Source: Promethearchaeia archaeon (GTDB lineage Archaea > Asgardarchaeota > Lokiarchaeia > Sigyniarchaeales > SOKP01). Taken from it: a stretch of DNA of 64,000 nucleotides. The notes beneath the pieces are model-generated. The model searched no databases. It saw nothing but the letters and a program-made list of their open reading frames with translations, and was not told the DNA's origin. Shown here in pieces: positions 38,252-47,361 of this stretch. The stretch is from assembly GCA_046483985.1 (NCBI GenBank), contig JAWOCD010000005.1, positions 30,862-94,861 of the forward strand, read 5' to 3'. The stretch's first letter is position 1; the number at the start of each line of letters is the position of its first letter. The translations under genes were made by a program, and so were the position numbers.

Positions 38252-39625
38252 ATGGTATTAGAAAACCTCGGTAGATCACTAGAAAAGGTAATGCGTCGTA
38301 TCAAACGTCTCCCTAAGGTGGATAAGGAGGCTATTCTTGCTTCGATTCAAGATCTTCAACGTGCCTTAATCCAATCAGATGTAAAGGTTGAATTAGTCCT
38401 TGATATGACAGAGAAGATCAAAAAGGAGGCTATGAATACAGATTTATCAAAAAGAACAAGGAGAAAGGATTTTGTTATTAAACTCATCCACGATGAACTC
38501 ATTAATGTCTTAGGCGGAGAAAAAGCTCCCTTTCGAATTAAACCAGGTAAAAAGAATGTAATACTGTTGGTGGGTATTCAAGGCTCGGGAAAAACTACTA
38601 CTGTTGGAAAACTTGCGAATTATTATAAAAATAAAGGCTTTAAAATTGCTACTCTTACCACAGATACTTGGAGACCAGGGGCCTACGAACAATTGCAACA
38701 ATTAACCGAAGAGATCGGGGTAAATTGCTATGGGGATCCAAATGGTAAAAGTGCCATTAAAGTCGCCTTGAAAGAAACAAGAAAAGCGATTAAAGACGGA
38801 TTTGATTTACTCATCGTGGATACAGCCGGGAGACATAAAGAGGAAAAAGCTCTTATGAAAGAGATGAAACAATTAGAAAATAAGTTGAAACCCAACGAAG
38901 TCATTCTTGTTATTGATGGGACGCTGGGACAAGGCGCCTACTCTCAAGCAGAAGAATTTTCTAAAGCAACGGATTTAGGATCAATCATCGTGACAAAATT
39001 GGACGGAACAGCAAAAGGGGGTGGTGCTCTTTCTGCTTGTGCCGCTACTGATGTTCCTATACGATTTATCGGCACTGGAGAAAAAATAAATGAACTTGAA
39101 CCATTTAACCCGACATCATTTGTCGGAGAATTATTGGGGATCCCTAATTTGGATGCATTAGTTGAACGAGTGCAAGATGCGGAAGCAATGCCCGATCAAG
39201 ACACAGTAAAACGGATGATGCGCGGTAAATTTACTTTAGACGACCTTTATAACCAGTTAAAATCGATGAAAAAGATCGGTAAGTTCAATAAAATCATCAG
39301 TATGATGGGTGGAGGTAATATCCCAGACGGATTAAAAGATGATGCCCAGAGAAATGTAGAAAAATGGGAAGTCGTGCTTAATTCTATGACGCAATATGAA
39401 AAAGAAAATCCTAAAGTTATTAAAAAGAGCAGAAAAAGAAGGATTGCCATTGGTAGTGGAACATCCTATACGTTGATAAATAGAATGTTAGACCAGTATA
39501 ACCAAATGAAGAAGATGATGAAACGTGTTATGCAGATGCGCAAAAAAGGAATGAAAGGGCTGGCAGGGAAAAAACTCCCCGGTGGAATGGGGGACTTAAT
39601 GAAAAAATTTGGTAATAAATTTTAA
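38252..39625 (+). CDS. srp54: Signal recognition particle protein SRP54
   Basis: It has the NG domain motifs GIQGSGKTTT, DTAGRH and TKLDG, and a Met-rich M domain. Confidence 0.95.
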   Translation: MVLENLGRSLEKVMRRIKRLPKVDKEAILASIQDLQRALIQSDVKVELVLDMTEKIKKEAMNTDLSKRTRRKDFVIKLIHDELINVLGGEKAPFRIKPGKKNVILLVGIQGSGKTTTVGKLANYYKNKGFKIATLTTDTWRPGAYEQLQQLTEEIGVNCYGDPNGKSAIKVALKETRKAIKDGFDLLIVDTAGRHKEEKALMKEMKQLENKLKPNEVILVIDGTLGQGAYSQAEEFSKATDLGSIIVTKLDGTAKGGGALSACAATDVPIRFIGTGEKINELEPFNPTSFVGELLGIPNLDALVERVQDAEAMPDQDTVKRMMRGKFTLDDLYNQLKSMKKIGKFNKIISMMGGGNIPDGLKDDAQRNVEKWEVVLNSMTQYEKENPKVIKKSRKRRIAIGSGTSYTLINRMLDQYNQMKKMMKRVMQMRKKGMKGLAGKKLPGGMGDLMKKFGNKF

Positions 39626-39648
39626 AATAATCTAATACTCTGATCAAT

Positions 39649-40302
39649 GTGGTAAGTTTCTTAATTTTAGTACATCATTTAGAAAAGTATTCGAAGAAAG
39701 ATATTAATCACGGAAAAACTCCAAAAAGTATCTATACCTTATGTTGTGCCATTAGAGAGGCATTTTGTCTCTCTTATAATATTCGAAAGGAAAATAATGT
39801 CTTTCTTTATTTTCAAGATTCTCATATTCTTATTAAATTGGTGGGGAGAAAATTGAGATATTTAGGACCGGATGAACGTTCCCAGACAATTTTAGTAAAT
39901 AAAGCGTTAAAATTAGTAAATCCAAAGACCAATAAAAAAGATACAGGATGGATACCCTCAACCCCTGGTTTTTTTATCCGTAAATTTCCCAGTAATGACT
40001 CTTTTTTGCGTTACTTCGAGACCATAGTAGGCGAAATCCCTTTGCTAGTAACAGATAAACCTTTTAAGAAAGTGGATTCTTCAATTGAAGAGATCCAACT
40101 GAACTCGATAACTAGATATGAATCGTCTTTTTTTATTATTCCTGCTGGAAAGATAGATGATCTTAACCAATTTATTCAAAAAATGTATGATTTTATTCCC
40201 TCCATGAAAAATATTAATTTACCTCAGCTACATTTTTCTTTTGAAAGAATTTTATTCATAAATTATAAAAAAGATAAGAAAAGCCAAACTATACAACAAT
40301 AA
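39649..40302 (+). CDS. trmY: tRNA (pseudouridine54-N1)-methyltransferase TrmY-like (SPOUT)
   Basis: TLCCAIREAFCLSYNIRKENNVF...IKLVGRKLRYLGPDERSQTILVNKAL...STPGFFIRK aligns by eye with the Mj1640 family. The start is GTG. Confidence 0.6.
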   Translation: MVSFLILVHHLEKYSKKDINHGKTPKSIYTLCCAIREAFCLSYNIRKENNVFLYFQDSHILIKLVGRKLRYLGPDERSQTILVNKALKLVNPKTNKKDTGWIPSTPGFFIRKFPSNDSFLRYFETIVGEIPLLVTDKPFKKVDSSIEEIQLNSITRYESSFFIIPAGKIDDLNQFIQKMYDFIPSMKNINLPQLHFSFERILFINYKKDKKSQTIQQ

Positions 40303-40317
40303 GAGTGATTAAGAATT

Positions 40318-41718
40318 GTGATTCTCTTTAATGCAAAGATATTCTCTGAGTCAATACTACGAGAAGGTACTATTCTTGTAAAAGATGGAAAGATAAAAGA
40401 TATCCGTTTTAACCCCACCCAAGACGATCTCAAGGATTTAAGGAATCAGAATGGGACCGACCACGAAATTGATTGTCAAAAGAAAATTATCATTCCGGGC
40501 ATTATAGATATCCACGCCCATCTAAGAGATCTCGAGCAAATAGAAAAGGAATCCTTCTCCTCGGGTACAAAAGCAGCAGCTTATTCAGGGATAACCACGG
40601 TTTTTAATATGCCAAATACCAACCCTCCCGTAATTACGCCCGAACGGGTTGCATCTTGGATGGAAAAGGCGCAGGATAATATATATACAAATGTGGGATT
40701 TATAGCGGGGGTGCCAAGAGGGATTAATATGGATGAAATGAAAGAAATGAAAAAGCAAGGAGTTTTGGGATTTAAAATTTATCCACTTGACTCGTTAAAC
40801 GGTATCGACTGGACAAACACCTCTAATATTAGAATTCTTTTCAGAAGGTCTTCTCAGTTACGTACCAGAATCTTTATTCATCCAGATTGGCCAAAATCTT
40901 CAAAAGAAAAATCCATAATTTACAGTAATTATATTACTTGGGGCTGGCCATTGCTAAAATTTCATAATAAACTGTTTTCCGTTGACACGGAAGAAAAATA
41001 TGTACAATTTATCTTGAAAAATTACAAAGAATTTATTGAAAATAATGATCTCCCTCCAGAGAAATATCCAATTATCCATTTCTGTCACATAAGTTCCAAA
41101 AATAGTTATCGGAAAATTAATAAGACCTTGAATTCAGTCGATAACGCAAATATTACCTATGAAATTACCCCTCATCATTTATTGCTTTCTAATACATTAG
41201 AGCTTAAGAATGAAAACCTTGGAAAGGTTTTACCCCCTCTTCGAGATCCAAAACATTCGGAATTCCTTTTTCAGAAGTTCAGAGATGGTGAGATTATGTT
41301 AATTGGTACAGATCATGCCCCGCATACTTTACACGAAAAGAATCTGGATTATTTTGACGCTCCCTCTGGTTTTCCTGGCTTCGAAACATACCCGCTCCTT
41401 TTATTAAATAAAATATGTCAATATGAACTTTCTTTGGAAATATTTGTTAAAGCTTCGGCTCAAAGACCAGCTCAGATATTTAATCTTCCTTCAAAAGGAT
41501 TTATTAAAGTTGGGTATGATGCAGATCTCCTTATTATAGACAAAATTCCAGAATATTCAATTGATCCTCAGAAATTTCATACAAAAGCCAAATATTCACC
41601 CTTTCAAAACTTTCCATCCAAGGTAGAGATTTGGAAAGTATTTTTACGAGGAAAAGAAGTGAATAGGGAGGATATAGAACCCTTAGGGCAAGTCATTCGA
41701 GATCAAAACGATAACTAG
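40318..41718 (+). CDS. pyrC: Dihydroorotase-type cyclic amidohydrolase
   Basis: It has HxH (IDIHAHLRD), carbamylated-Lys context GFKIYP, HFCHIS and TDHAPH. The start is GTG. Confidence 0.7.
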   Translation: MILFNAKIFSESILREGTILVKDGKIKDIRFNPTQDDLKDLRNQNGTDHEIDCQKKIIIPGIIDIHAHLRDLEQIEKESFSSGTKAAAYSGITTVFNMPNTNPPVITPERVASWMEKAQDNIYTNVGFIAGVPRGINMDEMKEMKKQGVLGFKIYPLDSLNGIDWTNTSNIRILFRRSSQLRTRIFIHPDWPKSSKEKSIIYSNYITWGWPLLKFHNKLFSVDTEEKYVQFILKNYKEFIENNDLPPEKYPIIHFCHISSKNSYRKINKTLNSVDNANITYEITPHHLLLSNTLELKNENLGKVLPPLRDPKHSEFLFQKFRDGEIMLIGTDHAPHTLHEKNLDYFDAPSGFPGFETYPLLLLNKICQYELSLEIFVKASAQRPAQIFNLPSKGFIKVGYDADLLIIDKIPEYSIDPQKFHTKAKYSPFQNFPSKVEIWKVFLRGKEVNREDIEPLGQVIRDQNDN

Positions 41719-41798
41719 TTATTTTTTATTGTAAGTATAAATATTATATTATGAAATACATTTTTAATTAAATATTAAAGAACAGAGGATTTGGAAAA

Positions 41799-42437
41799 AT
41801 GTCAAAAGAAAAAGACTTTAGTATTGAAGATGGGAAAATGCTAATAAAATTTGCACGTGAGAATATAGAAAATTATCTCAAAAATGATAAAAGAATTAGG
41901 GTACCAGAAAAAATGAGAGAGATGTTTGGAGATAAATACGGAGCGTTTATTACCTTAAATAAAACCAATAAGTCCGGTAATCCTCTGAGAGGATGTATTG
42001 GACATGTCGAACCTAAATTCCCGCTCTGTGAAACCGTTCATAGAGTCTCAGTTAGTGCTGCTGTTGAGGATCCACGGTTCTCCTCGGTGTCGATTGAGGA
42101 AATGGAAAATATAGTAATTGAACTCTCAATTTTGACCCCACCAGAATTAATTGAAGTTGAAGATCCTGAGGAATATTTGGAGAAAATTGAAATTGGAAAA
42201 CACGGCCTTATTGCGGAGCGAGGAATGCGGAGAGGATTATTACTTCCTCAAGTTCCCGTAGATCATGATAGAAACTGGGATGTCAAAACCTTCTTACAGC
42301 ATACATGTCAAAAAGCATGGCTCCCAGCAGACGCTTGGAAAGATAAAAAAACAAAATTATATAAATTTCGTGCAATTCTGTTTGAAGAAAAAGAACCAAA
42401 CGGTGAAATCAAAAGAAAATATATAAGAAAGAGATAA
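41799..42437 (+). CDS. AMMECR1 domain protein
   Basis: It has LRGCIGH and the PRF and LLPQV motifs. Confidence 0.9.
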   Translation: MSKEKDFSIEDGKMLIKFARENIENYLKNDKRIRVPEKMREMFGDKYGAFITLNKTNKSGNPLRGCIGHVEPKFPLCETVHRVSVSAAVEDPRFSSVSIEEMENIVIELSILTPPELIEVEDPEEYLEKIEIGKHGLIAERGMRRGLLLPQVPVDHDRNWDVKTFLQHTCQKAWLPADAWKDKKTKLYKFRAILFEEKEPNGEIKRKYIRKR

Positions 42438-42481
42438 AAAATGAATATTTATTTTTTTATTGACAATCTAAATTAATTATT

Positions 42482-43006
42482 TTAAGGTATTTTTGCGGCT
42501 CCAATCAGTCCGATTATTGCACCAGCAGTCCCTATGAAAAATCCATTTCCTAAACGCCATGTATACATTGTTGCTTCTCCGAAAAATATATTATACTCCT
42601 CACTTCCGGTGATGAAATTAAGGAAATCGATTCCCCATTCCAAACTCTCATTATTTGTAAGAGCAATGCAAAAAAGCGCCAATCCTCCAACCATCATGAG
42701 TGCGCTCAAAATACCTACTCCTTTTGTCTCTTGTGATGCTGCATAAATAATTAAGACGGATCCTAAAAGATATATTATCCCTGCAACTAATCCGAGCGTT
42801 TCCAAGGCAAGCTCCGATTCCTCTCCACTACTCATACCAAACGCATTTAGATAAAAGGTTGTATTGAACAGATCATTTTCCACTTGCCACCACGCGCCCA
42901 ATGATTCTTCAATAAAAAAGGAAAGGACCGCGAAAATGCCTATAAGGCCAGCTACGATAGCAATTATTTTTGTGTCATTATTTTTTCTTCCCATTTCAAT
43001 CAACAT
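42482..43006 (-). CDS. Integral membrane protein, function unknown
   Basis: It has 4-5 hydrophobic helices in 174 aa. Confidence 0.45.
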   Translation of the reverse strand: MLIEMGRKNNDTKIIAIVAGLIGIFAVLSFFIEESLGAWWQVENDLFNTTFYLNAFGMSSGEESELALETLGLVAGIIYLLGSVLIIYAASQETKGVGILSALMMVGGLALFCIALTNNESLEWGIDFLNFITGSEEYNIFFGEATMYTWRLGNGFFIGTAGAIIGLIGAAKIP

Positions 43007-43080
43007 TTAATTGTTTTAATAGAAAAAGGATTTAATTTCCTTTTTAAACTTATTCTCTAGTAATAATAAAGTATTTTGAA

Positions 43081-43764
43081 TCATATACAAGATGCCAATT
43101 TCTGAATTATATACAAGGTGCCAATATAAATATAAGATCCGATCGGGATAAGAAGTAAGGAATAAAAAGCAAACAAATCTGTAGTTAGCGTACCCGCAAT
43201 AATAGCAATGAAAAAAGGTCCTATTACCCAACCCGCAATTCGGGAATATTTTGGACTATGAAAGGAAATGAAATAAAATATTATGACCATTGAAAATCCC
43301 GGTAAATAATAAAAAGGCACGTAAGGCCAAATTGGAATTGGCTGTCCTAAACCTCCCAATACACGGAATGAAGCAAGAGTGGAGTCCCACCAATTTCCCG
43401 CGGGAAAGGGATATACTCCAGTATCAATCCATTGGCTCATCCAATACATGACATCTTCAAACATGGTCATAAAAAAGAGCCCCATAACTATTTGTTCAAT
43501 AGTAAATTTTCCCTTATATCTCGTGGTAATTGCAACACAGAGCACCACCCCGAGATACATAATTGTCCAATTCAAGGTTGGTCCTAATAAATCGAGCAAA
43601 CGGGGATAATGATAAACAATAAAGTATTCATAAATCCCATACAAGAATGAATAGAGGAAAGCGGTTAAAAAACCCCTTTTCATAATATTTCTGTGAACTT
43701 CCTTTTCATAAATTCGCAAGGGACGTTTTAGGAAGAAATCTTCTATTCTTTTTATGAGTTTCAT
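43081..43764 (-). CDS. Integral membrane protein, function unknown
   Basis: It has about 6 hydrophobic, Trp/Tyr-rich helices in 227 aa. Confidence 0.45.
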   Translation of the reverse strand: MKLIKRIEDFFLKRPLRIYEKEVHRNIMKRGFLTAFLYSFLYGIYEYFIVYHYPRLLDLLGPTLNWTIMYLGVVLCVAITTRYKGKFTIEQIVMGLFFMTMFEDVMYWMSQWIDTGVYPFPAGNWWDSTLASFRVLGGLGQPIPIWPYVPFYYLPGFSMVIIFYFISFHSPKYSRIAGWVIGPFFIAIIAGTLTTDLFAFYSLLLIPIGSYIYIGTLYIIQKLASCI

Positions 43765-44046
43765 AAAAATAATTGATATCCAAAATCTAATAAATATTTG
43801 TGAAAATTTATCGTTTAATATTGATTTGGCAATTTGAGCAATTCACTGACGGATCGTTTGTTCTGAATTGAATTCTGTGTTTTATATGATCTATGATCTT
43901 CATAGAGGGGCATTCCCCACTGAGCTCAGTTAATCATCGCGGGTTCTTCCCAAATGTCACGTTTCTGGTTTTTAACAAATTAATAAGGTATTTTGGATAT
44001 TATAATATAATGAGTATAACATATGAAGAATCGGATTTGAATTATT

Positions 44047-46137
44047 TTGATTAATGGAGTGGTCGTTCCCGCACTAACCTTTTTTAATAATGAATATCGA
44101 TTAATTAATGAGTTAAATTCACTTTTATACAGACATATTGTTTTAAATGGGGCAAATGGGGTATTTTTATTCGGAACCACCGGTGAAGGGATGATGTTTA
44201 CCGATAAAATTGAACAAAAAATAAATTATATAAACTTAACAATCGAGAGTGAACAAAAAGTTCCCGTTCTTCTTGGAGTTTGGGGAAACGATGAAGATAA
44301 GATAATTGATGAGATTAAAGAACTAGCAATTCAATTTCCTGCATTAAATTTCGTCATTATTCCTCCAATGAATGAAAAAAAATCTATTGCAGATTTAAAA
44401 TCTTATTTTGAAACCATTTTAGGTTCATTAGATATAAAAAATCCGATCTATCTTTATAATAATCCGGATCTTTTTGCTGGAAACAATATAAATCAAAATA
44501 TTCTTAGGTGGCTTTTGACTTTTTCGAATTTAGCGGGTATAATAGACTCCTCGCGAAAAATCAAGACGTATAAAGGTTGTATAGAATTTTTAAGTGAGGA
44601 ATTTAGTGTTTACTGTGGACGGGAGAGTAATTTTTCCAATTTTCTACAACTTATCCCACAAGAAAAACGAAAATATGCTGGATTAGCCCCGAGTATTGGA
44701 AATCTATCAAATATATCAAAAAAGTTATATCAAGCGGCATTAGAAAAAGAGCCGTTAAAACTAGTACAGTTGCAAGAAGAACTTAATGATTTTCGAGATA
44801 AAATCTATGATATTAAAGTAAGGAAAGGTAAACAACAAAGGGGGCTAAAATATGCATTTTACAATCTTTATGAAGACATTATTAGTACACCTGAACAAAA
44901 AGCTTTAACAGTTGCACCCAGAAACGAGCGTATTTTAGAAGATACGGTAAAAGACAGAATCACCGCTACCGTTCAATTTTTATTCAATCAATCTTATATT
45001 GATCGATTTTATAAAATCGGGAATCATTTATATGATTTCACGACTCTTGCTTCAAAGATTTCCAAAATCGATAAATTACAAGAACTCGGTGAACTAAAAA
45101 AAATAAAGGGTCCTTATGGAGGGAGAATAAACAAAATTTATCGAATAAAATTGGGTATCAATTCATATGTGCTCAGAGCACGAACTTCTCAAGCGTTTCG
45201 TTATGAAGGCTTAATAAAAGAAAAAGTATTATTCCCCTTTTTGGATAGCTCTTTACATAAAGAATTACCAGATCTTGGAAATCGGGTTGATAAGATCTGT
45301 GGTGAGAAAAAAGGCTCTTATACATTTGACGAAGACTCTCCATCTGTTATACCTGTTTACGATTTAATATATTATGACGAAACAAAGGAATTATTCCCGC
45401 ATATATATTCCATTCATGAATATCTGCCGGGAAAGACATTATACTCTTTGCTGGAAGATTATAAAATTCTTAAAGAAAGCAGGCTTTTCAAGAATTTTTT
45501 GGATCTCTTTGAAAACATAGGTAAAATTCTTGGAAAGATTCACGAGATCTCTTTCAACGGATTTTATTACAAAATTGATGAAATTGGACATCAAGCTAAA
45601 CAATTAGAGTGGGGAGAACTATTTCAAAAGCAATTAGAAGAGGAACTTTCCCAATTAAATGAAGAGAAATTAGAAATCATCCCGGACATCAAGCAATATT
45701 TCGAAGAACATTCTTCTTTAATTAAAGAGAATGAAGAAGCAGTATTGATTCATAATGATTTTCAAGGACAAAATATAATCGTTAAAGAAGAAGAATCAAC
45801 TGGAGCATTTCGTTTAAATGGACTTATTGATTTTGATAATTGGAGAGTGGGTGTGCGAGCTCAAGATTTTGTTAAGATAAATTTTTGGACATTAAATCCG
45901 CTAAATGACCCTCAATTGAAAGAGGCCTTTTATAAGGGATATCAAAACCGATCTGGTATTTTAATAAGTGAAACTTTTGAGAAAAAAATTGAGATCTATT
46001 CTCTGCTTTGGTTCTTAAAAGTATATAATTTTGAAATGGATAAAATGCAGAAAGGGAAGCAAGGTAAAATTATAGATAAACGATTTCCTCCCCCAGAACA
46101 ATACATAAATGAAATAAAAAAAATATTGACCCCTTAA
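44047..46137 (+). CDS. Fusion protein: DapA/DHDPS-like TIM-barrel domain plus APH/ChoK-type phosphotransferase domain
   Basis: The N-terminal part has VVPALTFF...FGTTGEG...YLYNNP. The C-terminal part has YVLRA, EYLPGKTLY, LIHNDFQGQNIIV (HxDxxxxN) and GLIDFDNW. The start is TTG. Confidence 0.6.
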   Translation: MINGVVVPALTFFNNEYRLINELNSLLYRHIVLNGANGVFLFGTTGEGMMFTDKIEQKINYINLTIESEQKVPVLLGVWGNDEDKIIDEIKELAIQFPALNFVIIPPMNEKKSIADLKSYFETILGSLDIKNPIYLYNNPDLFAGNNINQNILRWLLTFSNLAGIIDSSRKIKTYKGCIEFLSEEFSVYCGRESNFSNFLQLIPQEKRKYAGLAPSIGNLSNISKKLYQAALEKEPLKLVQLQEELNDFRDKIYDIKVRKGKQQRGLKYAFYNLYEDIISTPEQKALTVAPRNERILEDTVKDRITATVQFLFNQSYIDRFYKIGNHLYDFTTLASKISKIDKLQELGELKKIKGPYGGRINKIYRIKLGINSYVLRARTSQAFRYEGLIKEKVLFPFLDSSLHKELPDLGNRVDKICGEKKGSYTFDEDSPSVIPVYDLIYYDETKELFPHIYSIHEYLPGKTLYSLLEDYKILKESRLFKNFLDLFENIGKILGKIHEISFNGFYYKIDEIGHQAKQLEWGELFQKQLEEELSQLNEEKLEIIPDIKQYFEEHSSLIKENEEAVLIHNDFQGQNIIVKEEESTGAFRLNGLIDFDNWRVGVRAQDFVKINFWTLNPLNDPQLKEAFYKGYQNRSGILISETFEKKIEIYSLLWFLKVYNFEMDKMQKGKQGKIIDKRFPPPEQYINEIKKILTP

Positions 46138-46514
46138 TTAGGTTCGTATAGTACTGCAACCATTAACGTAAATTCCCACGGGGCGTTTGCCTTGTCATAA
46201 ACCAGCGTTTGAATATCTTCTGATGCTTCTCTCTTTGTATGTTTATAAAAGACTTCCCATGCAGTCTGTCCTATTATCTGCGGATCGTTTAAAACATCTG
46301 AAAATTTTTTATTTATGCCCGCATAATAAATAGCTTTATTATCAATAATTTGTTTTAACTCTGCCAGATCCATAAGTTTTGCTGTTTTTACAATATTTTC
46401 GGTAATTTGCCCAAAATAATCACTTAATTTCTTAGAAACCTCATTGGGAGCACCTTCTTTGCCATCATACAGAAAAACTATACCAATTGCTTCCATTTTT
46501 TTCTCTTGACTCAT
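46134..46514 (-). CDS. Uncharacterized approximately 120 aa protein, paralog family member 1
   Basis: By eye it is about 45% identical to the product of 46750-47115. Shared elements are GIVFL, TEN-V, IID-K-IY, AWE-F-KHT, EDI and APW-FTL. Confidence 0.55.
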   Translation of the reverse strand: MSQEKKMEAIGIVFLYDGKEGAPNEVSKKLSDYFGQITENIVKTAKLMDLAELKQIIDNKAIYYAGINKKFSDVLNDPQIIGQTAWEVFYKHTKREASEDIQTLVYDKANAPWEFTLMVAVLYEPN

Positions 46515-46749
46515 AATTTCTCACTAATAAAAAAATTTAGAAAATTATACTTATGCTTTATGGTATAAAAAATATTTAAACAATTTCTATTTTATTAATT
46601 CATTTTCATTTAGGGGTTTATACTTCATAAAACTTTAGAAAAATGTGTTGAAATTTTTTAAGTGGGAATTCTATAACTCCAATTGATTTCAGTTTTCATT
46701 TTTATAAAATAAAAAAAATTATGATTAAGGGGTGAGAAAGAGAATGTAT

Positions 46750-47115
46750 TTATTTATATACAACACAAGCACATAGAGTAAAGTTCCATGGTGCATCTTC
46801 TCCCTTATAGATTAAACAACGGATATCCTCATCAGCCTCTATATTTGTATGTTTTTTAAATAGCTCCCAAGCCAAATCTCCGAGTTTATCCCCGTTTTCG
46901 ATGACTTCATTGAATCTTTTTTTAACAGCTCCCCAATAGATCTTTTTCTCATCGATTATCTTCTTAAGATCAACTAATTCCATTAACCCCTCACGAACCA
47001 AGTTTTCTGTTACCCCAGAAAAATATTTTTTAAATTCTTTAGATACATCTTCTGGTTTACCCTCTTCCATGTTAAATAAGAAGACTATACCCTGTGCTTT
47101 TCCTAAATCAGACAT
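46750..47115 (-). CDS. Uncharacterized approximately 120 aa protein, paralog family member 2
   Basis: See 46134-46514. Its 5' half and promoter are duplicated at 48463-48711. Confidence 0.55.
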   Translation of the reverse strand: MSDLGKAQGIVFLFNMEEGKPEDVSKEFKKYFSGVTENLVREGLMELVDLKKIIDEKKIYWGAVKKRFNEVIENGDKLGDLAWELFKKHTNIEADEDIRCLIYKGEDAPWNFTLCACVVYK

Positions 47116-47203
47116 TTAAATCCTATTAAAAAGTTGTTGTTTAATGATTTAATTATAATATATGATCTAATTATAGTATTTATTATTATACCGTTCATCA
47201 TAA
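46958..47203. repeat. Direct repeat copy A (about 245 bp; 5' half of paralog 2 plus its upstream region)
   Basis: It aligns colinearly with 48463-48711 at roughly 75-80% identity by eye. One shared string is TAAATCAGACAT...TAATTATAATATATGAT...ATAGTATTTATTATTATAC. Confidence 0.75.
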
Positions 47204-47361
47204 TTTCGGCAGGGAAATTCACACATTTAAAATCATTTAATAATACATTTCTGTTAAGTTATAAGGAACCATGGTTCACAGAAAAACTTGTAATTACCAG
47301 CAAAAAGCGGATAAAGAAGCGTCAGAATGGATTAAAACTAGAAATCGATTTGTAGAAAAAT

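Noticed and set aside
43890-43965. A relatively GC-rich patch with tRNA-like strings (GAGCTCAGTT, GCGGGTTCTTCCC) and a GGGGCATTCCCC hairpin. It was considered as a tRNA, a tRNA fragment/att site or a C/D-box sRNA.
   Set aside because: I could not fold a cloverleaf on either strand: there is no acceptor stem, and the T-arm stem does not pair. C and D boxes are non-canonical (TGATC, not RTGATGA). It may be a leader element but is unsupported.
47266-47277. A perfect 12 bp palindrome GAACCATGGTTC between the B12-sensor gene and the paralog promoter, considered as an operator.
   Set aside because: Perfect 12-mers of this kind are expected by chance more than ten times in 64 kb. There is no second copy and no adjacent DNA-binding protein.
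47134-47355. A 73 aa plus-strand ORF (MLFNDLIIIYDLIIVFIII...).
   Set aside because: It lies in the AT-rich promoter/repeat DNA of the minus-strand paralog. The Ile/Leu/Phe-rich product is typical of random translation of AT-rich sequence.
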